Assembly: GCA_973895155.1 (NCBI GenBank)
Contig: OZ316891.1
Coordinates: 23,559,899-23,623,898, forward strand
Reading direction: 5' to 3'
DNA: 64,000 nucleotides
DNA from: Marsupella aquatica
Lineage: Eukaryota; Plantae; Marchantiophyta
Shown: positions 59,931 to 64,000 of the stretch, piece by piece
How the letters are laid out: the number at the start of each line of letters is the position of its first letter
Numbering within the stretch: position 1 is the first letter of the stretch
Position numbers and translations under genes: made by a program
Notes under the pieces: model-generated
The model's input: the letters and a program-made list of their open reading frames with translations, nothing else
Told to the model about the DNA's origin: nothing
Databases searched by the model: none

Positions 59931-62900
59931 TCATTCAAACTGTGGAGTTTCTCTCGTTTGTGTGTCGACGGGCGGGCGCAATGTCGACAATCTTGTCATG
60001 CCGATCGCTGCTACGTGCTTTCGATGGAGGCTGGCGGGTAATGGCTTCGTGAATAGATCAGCACAGTTCTCCTGGGAGCTCTTCCAGTGCACATTGATGT
60101 GCTGCCCTATCTGTTCATGGGTAAAGAAAAATTTTGGGTCGATATGCTTCGTGCGGTCTGTCTTCATATATCCTGCATTGATTTGGTCCACGCAAGCTTT
60201 GTTATCTTCATGGATAATCGTCGGTTTGGTGAGTAGTGGCTTACCAGTATTCTTGCGGATGTGGTTTATGATGTTTCGAAGCCATAGCGCTTCTCTTGTT
60301 GCTTCGTAAAGAGCTATTACTTCTGAATGATTGGACGATGTGGTAGTCAAGGTTTGTTTTGTACTGCGCCATGATATTGCTGTGTTGCCTTGCAAGAAGA
60401 CATAACCAGTCTGAGATTTCGAGTCATGCGGATCGGATAGATATCCAGCGTCCGCGTATCCTTGCAGTTCATCCGGGTTATCATTGGCGAAATACAGGCC
60501 CATATCCATGGAGCCTTGAAGATAACGAAATAGTCGTTTGATGCCGTTCCAGTGGCGAATAGTAGGTTGGGCGCTATGTCGTGCCAAGAGACTCACTGCA
60601 AATGAAATGTCGGGACGGGTGTTGTTCGCCAGATAGAGGAGAGCTCCGATTGCAGATAAATAAGGCTTGTCTGCATCAAGAAGTGGTTCATTTTCTTGTC
60701 TCCTTCTAAACATATCTTTAGTGGTGTCCAGGGATCGCATCTCCATGGGAGTCGAGACTGAGTAAGCATTCTGCATGTTAAACTGTCGAAGAATTTTCTT
60801 TGTGTAAGTTGATTGACTAATAAACATACCTTGTGGCAGGTGGTCGAACTGTAGACCGAGGCAATACGTCGGTTCTCCCAGTTCTTTCATTTCGAAGATG
60901 CCCTTCATTGTATTAATAGTCTGCTTTAATAGCTTGGGGGTGCCGAACAGATTGACGTCATCAACATATAGTGCTAATATCACGAACTCAGGTGCTAGGT
61001 GTTTTATAAAAATGCAAGGGGCGAGGTCGTCTCCTATAAAGCCAAGAGTCTGCATCTTAGTTTTGAATGTCTGATACTAGATGCGTCCGCTCTGTTTCAG
61101 TCCGTTTATTGATTTAAGGACTTGCACAGCAAATGCCTGCTGTCCAGTCCCATATTTACCTGGGTACTGGAGTGGTTCTTTGAGTGTGTTGCCACTGCTC
61201 AACACTAGGCCTTTAATGTCATCATCAGGGACAATCTGTCGAAGTCCCGACTTCATGTCCTGACTTAGGGTATGTATATTCTTCCCCTGGATGTGCTCTA
61301 CCACTCTTTCGAGCAATTCCTTTGGAGCTTTCATATATATTTCGGAGTCTAAGACTCCATATAGGTACGCAGTTACCACGTCCATGAGTATGTTTTTGAG
61401 TTTATGCTTTCTTGAAAAAGATATTAAGTACCTAAAGGTAGTTACATCCATAACTGGCGAATAGGTTAAATCGTAATCCCTTCCAGGGATTTGGGTGTAG
61501 CCTTTCGCTACAAGCCTTGCTCGATATCTTATGACATCTCCTTGGGCATTGCGTTTTCTAACGAATATAAAACGACTATCTGTATAGTCATTCTTTGGTT
61601 GTACAACCTTAACTGGGCCGAATACTTGTCTTTTGATTAATGCGTCCATTTCTGTATTGATAGCCTCTCTCCACTGTGGCCAATCGGGCCTTTTCTGTGC
61701 TTCTTTGATTGTATAGGGATCAGGTGTATCATTTGAGATGGATTGGGCTATATGATAAGCAAACTGCTCGTCTATTATTGTGTTTGATCGAGCATAAATG
61801 TGTCCTGTGTGTGTGTATTGAATAGACATTTCTTCATTATCTGGTGCCCTCTTTTTCTCTGGTTCGATACTGACCAGATTAAATGTGGTTTCAGTATTTA
61901 CCGTTTGTGCACGTCTCTGGCGAGGGCGAGAATCAGTGGATCCTAGTGGGCGTCCTCTCTTCGCCTTAGGTAAGGTTTCCTTTGCTTGAGTTGGCAGCAG
62001 CTGAATCCGAGCTGGGGTATTGACTGCTTCAACATGTGATCTGGTCACATTTGCTGTGTCATTGAAAGCGTCAGGAATCTTTTCCAACATTTCGTGGAGA
62101 TGTAATAAGCGCCTTACCTCCTCGTCTGCACTTTGAGTTCTTGGATCTTGATTGAGTAGATTTCTGCTATTCCAATTGAGCTGTACTGGTGTTATGTCGT
62201 GTGATGTAGTTGGCGCCTTAAGTAATGAGGGGAAAATTTCCTCATAGAAATGGCAGTCAGCGTGTCTTGCTTTAAATACATCAGCTGTGCTAGGTTCCAG
62301 ATAGCGGATAATAGACGAGGAGTCATGGCCAATATAAATACCTTCTCTCCTCTGTGGGCCAAGTTTGGATCGATGTGGCCCAAGGATGGGTACCATCACT
62401 TTACATCCGAATACTCTAATGTGTGAAAGATCAGGGGGTAAACCGAATGCAAGGTGATGAGGGGTTTTAGTATTAAATGCTGACGGCCGATACTTAAGCA
62501 AAGTTGTTGCATGGAGGACAGCGTGTCCCCATGCTGAAGGTGGTAGTTTAGAGTTCAATAGAAGTGGCCTTGTTATCATTTGAATCCTTTTTATGACTGA
62601 CTCTGCTATGCCGTTCTGGAAATGGACGTAAGGAACTGAGTATTCAATGTCGATCCCCGCTGTCATACAGAAGTCGTCAAATGCTCTGGAGGTAAATTCC
62701 CCTGCCCCGTCCACTCGCGATTTCTTAATTGGACAATCTGGGAATTGTACTCGAAGTTTTAATAAGTTGGCTAAGATTCTGGCAAAGACCAGGTTACGAG
62801 TAGAAATTAATGAAACTTGGAGCCATTTAGTTGAAGAGTCTACAATGGCTAAAAAATATCTGAAAGGCCCACTTGGAGGGTGTATTGGCCCGCAGACATC

Positions 62901-64000
62901 AGCATTTAGACGTTCCAGGAATTTAGGGATAGTATAGATGGTCTTTTGTGTAGCTGGGCGTGTACTCAGCTTCCCCTGAGAACATGCCAGACATTGCTTA
63001 TGATTTATAGATGGACGCACTCCTTTAGGGATTCCTCGTGAGTCATTGATGATGCTATGGTACATATTTATTCCCGGGTGCCCCAGTCGACAGTGCCAGA
63101 GGTATGTAAGATTATTTGATTCTGCTGTGGCATAGTTCGCTGTTATTGGGGCTGCATATAAACCCGGGGGTATTAGAGGTAGTATCTCTTTGATTTGAAT
63201 TCCATCTGTGGTCATGGCTACTATTTGCAAAGTAGGTTTCTGCTGGAGCATTGCTGTGCGGAGTTGATAATTATTAGCAACAACGTCTTTGAAGCTAATC
63301 AAATTTCGAGTAGCTTTTGGTGCAAAGATAGCTGCTTCGATGTTAATGACTGTTCCTTGGGGAAATTTGACAGTAGCCTTTCCTGTTCCTTCCTCAATCT
63401 TATTCGTACCTGATATGGTTGTCATTACCCTGGCAGATGGAGTGATGTCTTGGAAATAACTCCTATCTTTTAGGATAGTGTGGGATGTCCCACTATCAAT
63501 GATACCTAAATTGGGATCGTTGGAGGAGGGATATGGTGGCTCTGCTGTCACCAGATGAGCTTCAGCGTTGGATTGGTCTATCATATCAGTTTCTTCTCGA
63601 TAAGATGGTAGCTCCTCTTCCAATTCCATATAGTTGCCATCTGGATTTTGCTTTAACTTAGCTCTTGCTTCTGAGTGCCTCTTAGCCGCTTGGTCAGAAG
63701 CCCAGCAGTCTTTCTTTAGGTGGCCAATTTTTCCACATCTATAACACATTCGGTCTTCTCGTGTGTTGTCAGATGATTGGGCGTGACCTCTGCCGCATCC
63801 TCTTCCTCTACCCCGGCCACGGCTTCTGCTGCCTCAACCTCTGGTATTTTCATACTGATTTCCCCTTCCACTATAATTTGAGTTGCGACCTCGTCCTCTA
63901 TATCCACCTCTTTGTGTACCCCGGCCTCTTATATTTCGTTGTTGGTCTTCTGGGGCATTGTAATTAATTTCTGGTTTCTGTGGTATTGGTGCAGTGCCTG
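59931..64000 (-). pseudogene. pol: Copia gag-pol, one in-frame TAG at 61077-61079
   Basis: CCHC-type knuckle remnant, IIDSGT protease, LWHCRLGHP, ADVCGP..VDGAGEF..AES integrase, RLVAKG/MDVVTAYL/YVDD RT, YADAGY..ADLFTK RNase H. Confidence 0.95.

Larger units (their letters stand above)
59405..64000 (-). mobile_element. Ty1/Copia retrotransposon (Bianca-like), 5' end outside window
   Basis: PR-INT-RT-RH order, PPT, short LTR. Confidence 0.93.

Overview
Eukaryotic, almost certainly plant (moss/liverwort/fern-like by family content; this is inference), heterochromatin-type window made almost entirely of nested transposable elements. No host gene, RNA gene or CRISPR array is recognisable. Two systems stand out. 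(1) An 11.5-kb Mutator-like DNA transposon (7617-19101; truncated relative at 20755-25271) carries, head-to-head with its GCM-like/MULE/SWIM transposase, a 4-exon ~1220-aa gene fusing a ParB/Srx-like domain (DGNHR) to a beta-class N4/N6 DNA-methyltransferase-like domain. The element's introns and intergenic DNA carry about 22 copies of a 15-bp palindrome YAGCGCCNGGCGCTR, a parS-like candidate self-recognition site. (2) Three Ty3/Gypsy-type families have giant 3.7-4.7-kb LTRs that each contain a whole 870-1200-aa ORF (FW helix, PMD/Transposase_32-like domain, coiled coil). One is an intact solo LTR with a 5-bp TSD, and all three share a covarying GCGG-loop hairpin near the LTR 3' end. Also present: a CACTA transposase fragment, a P-element-like element with BRCT/PHD/C2H2 coding segments, and a Bianca-like Ty1/Copia. 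Most ORFs carry in-frame stops. All comparisons were made by eye.
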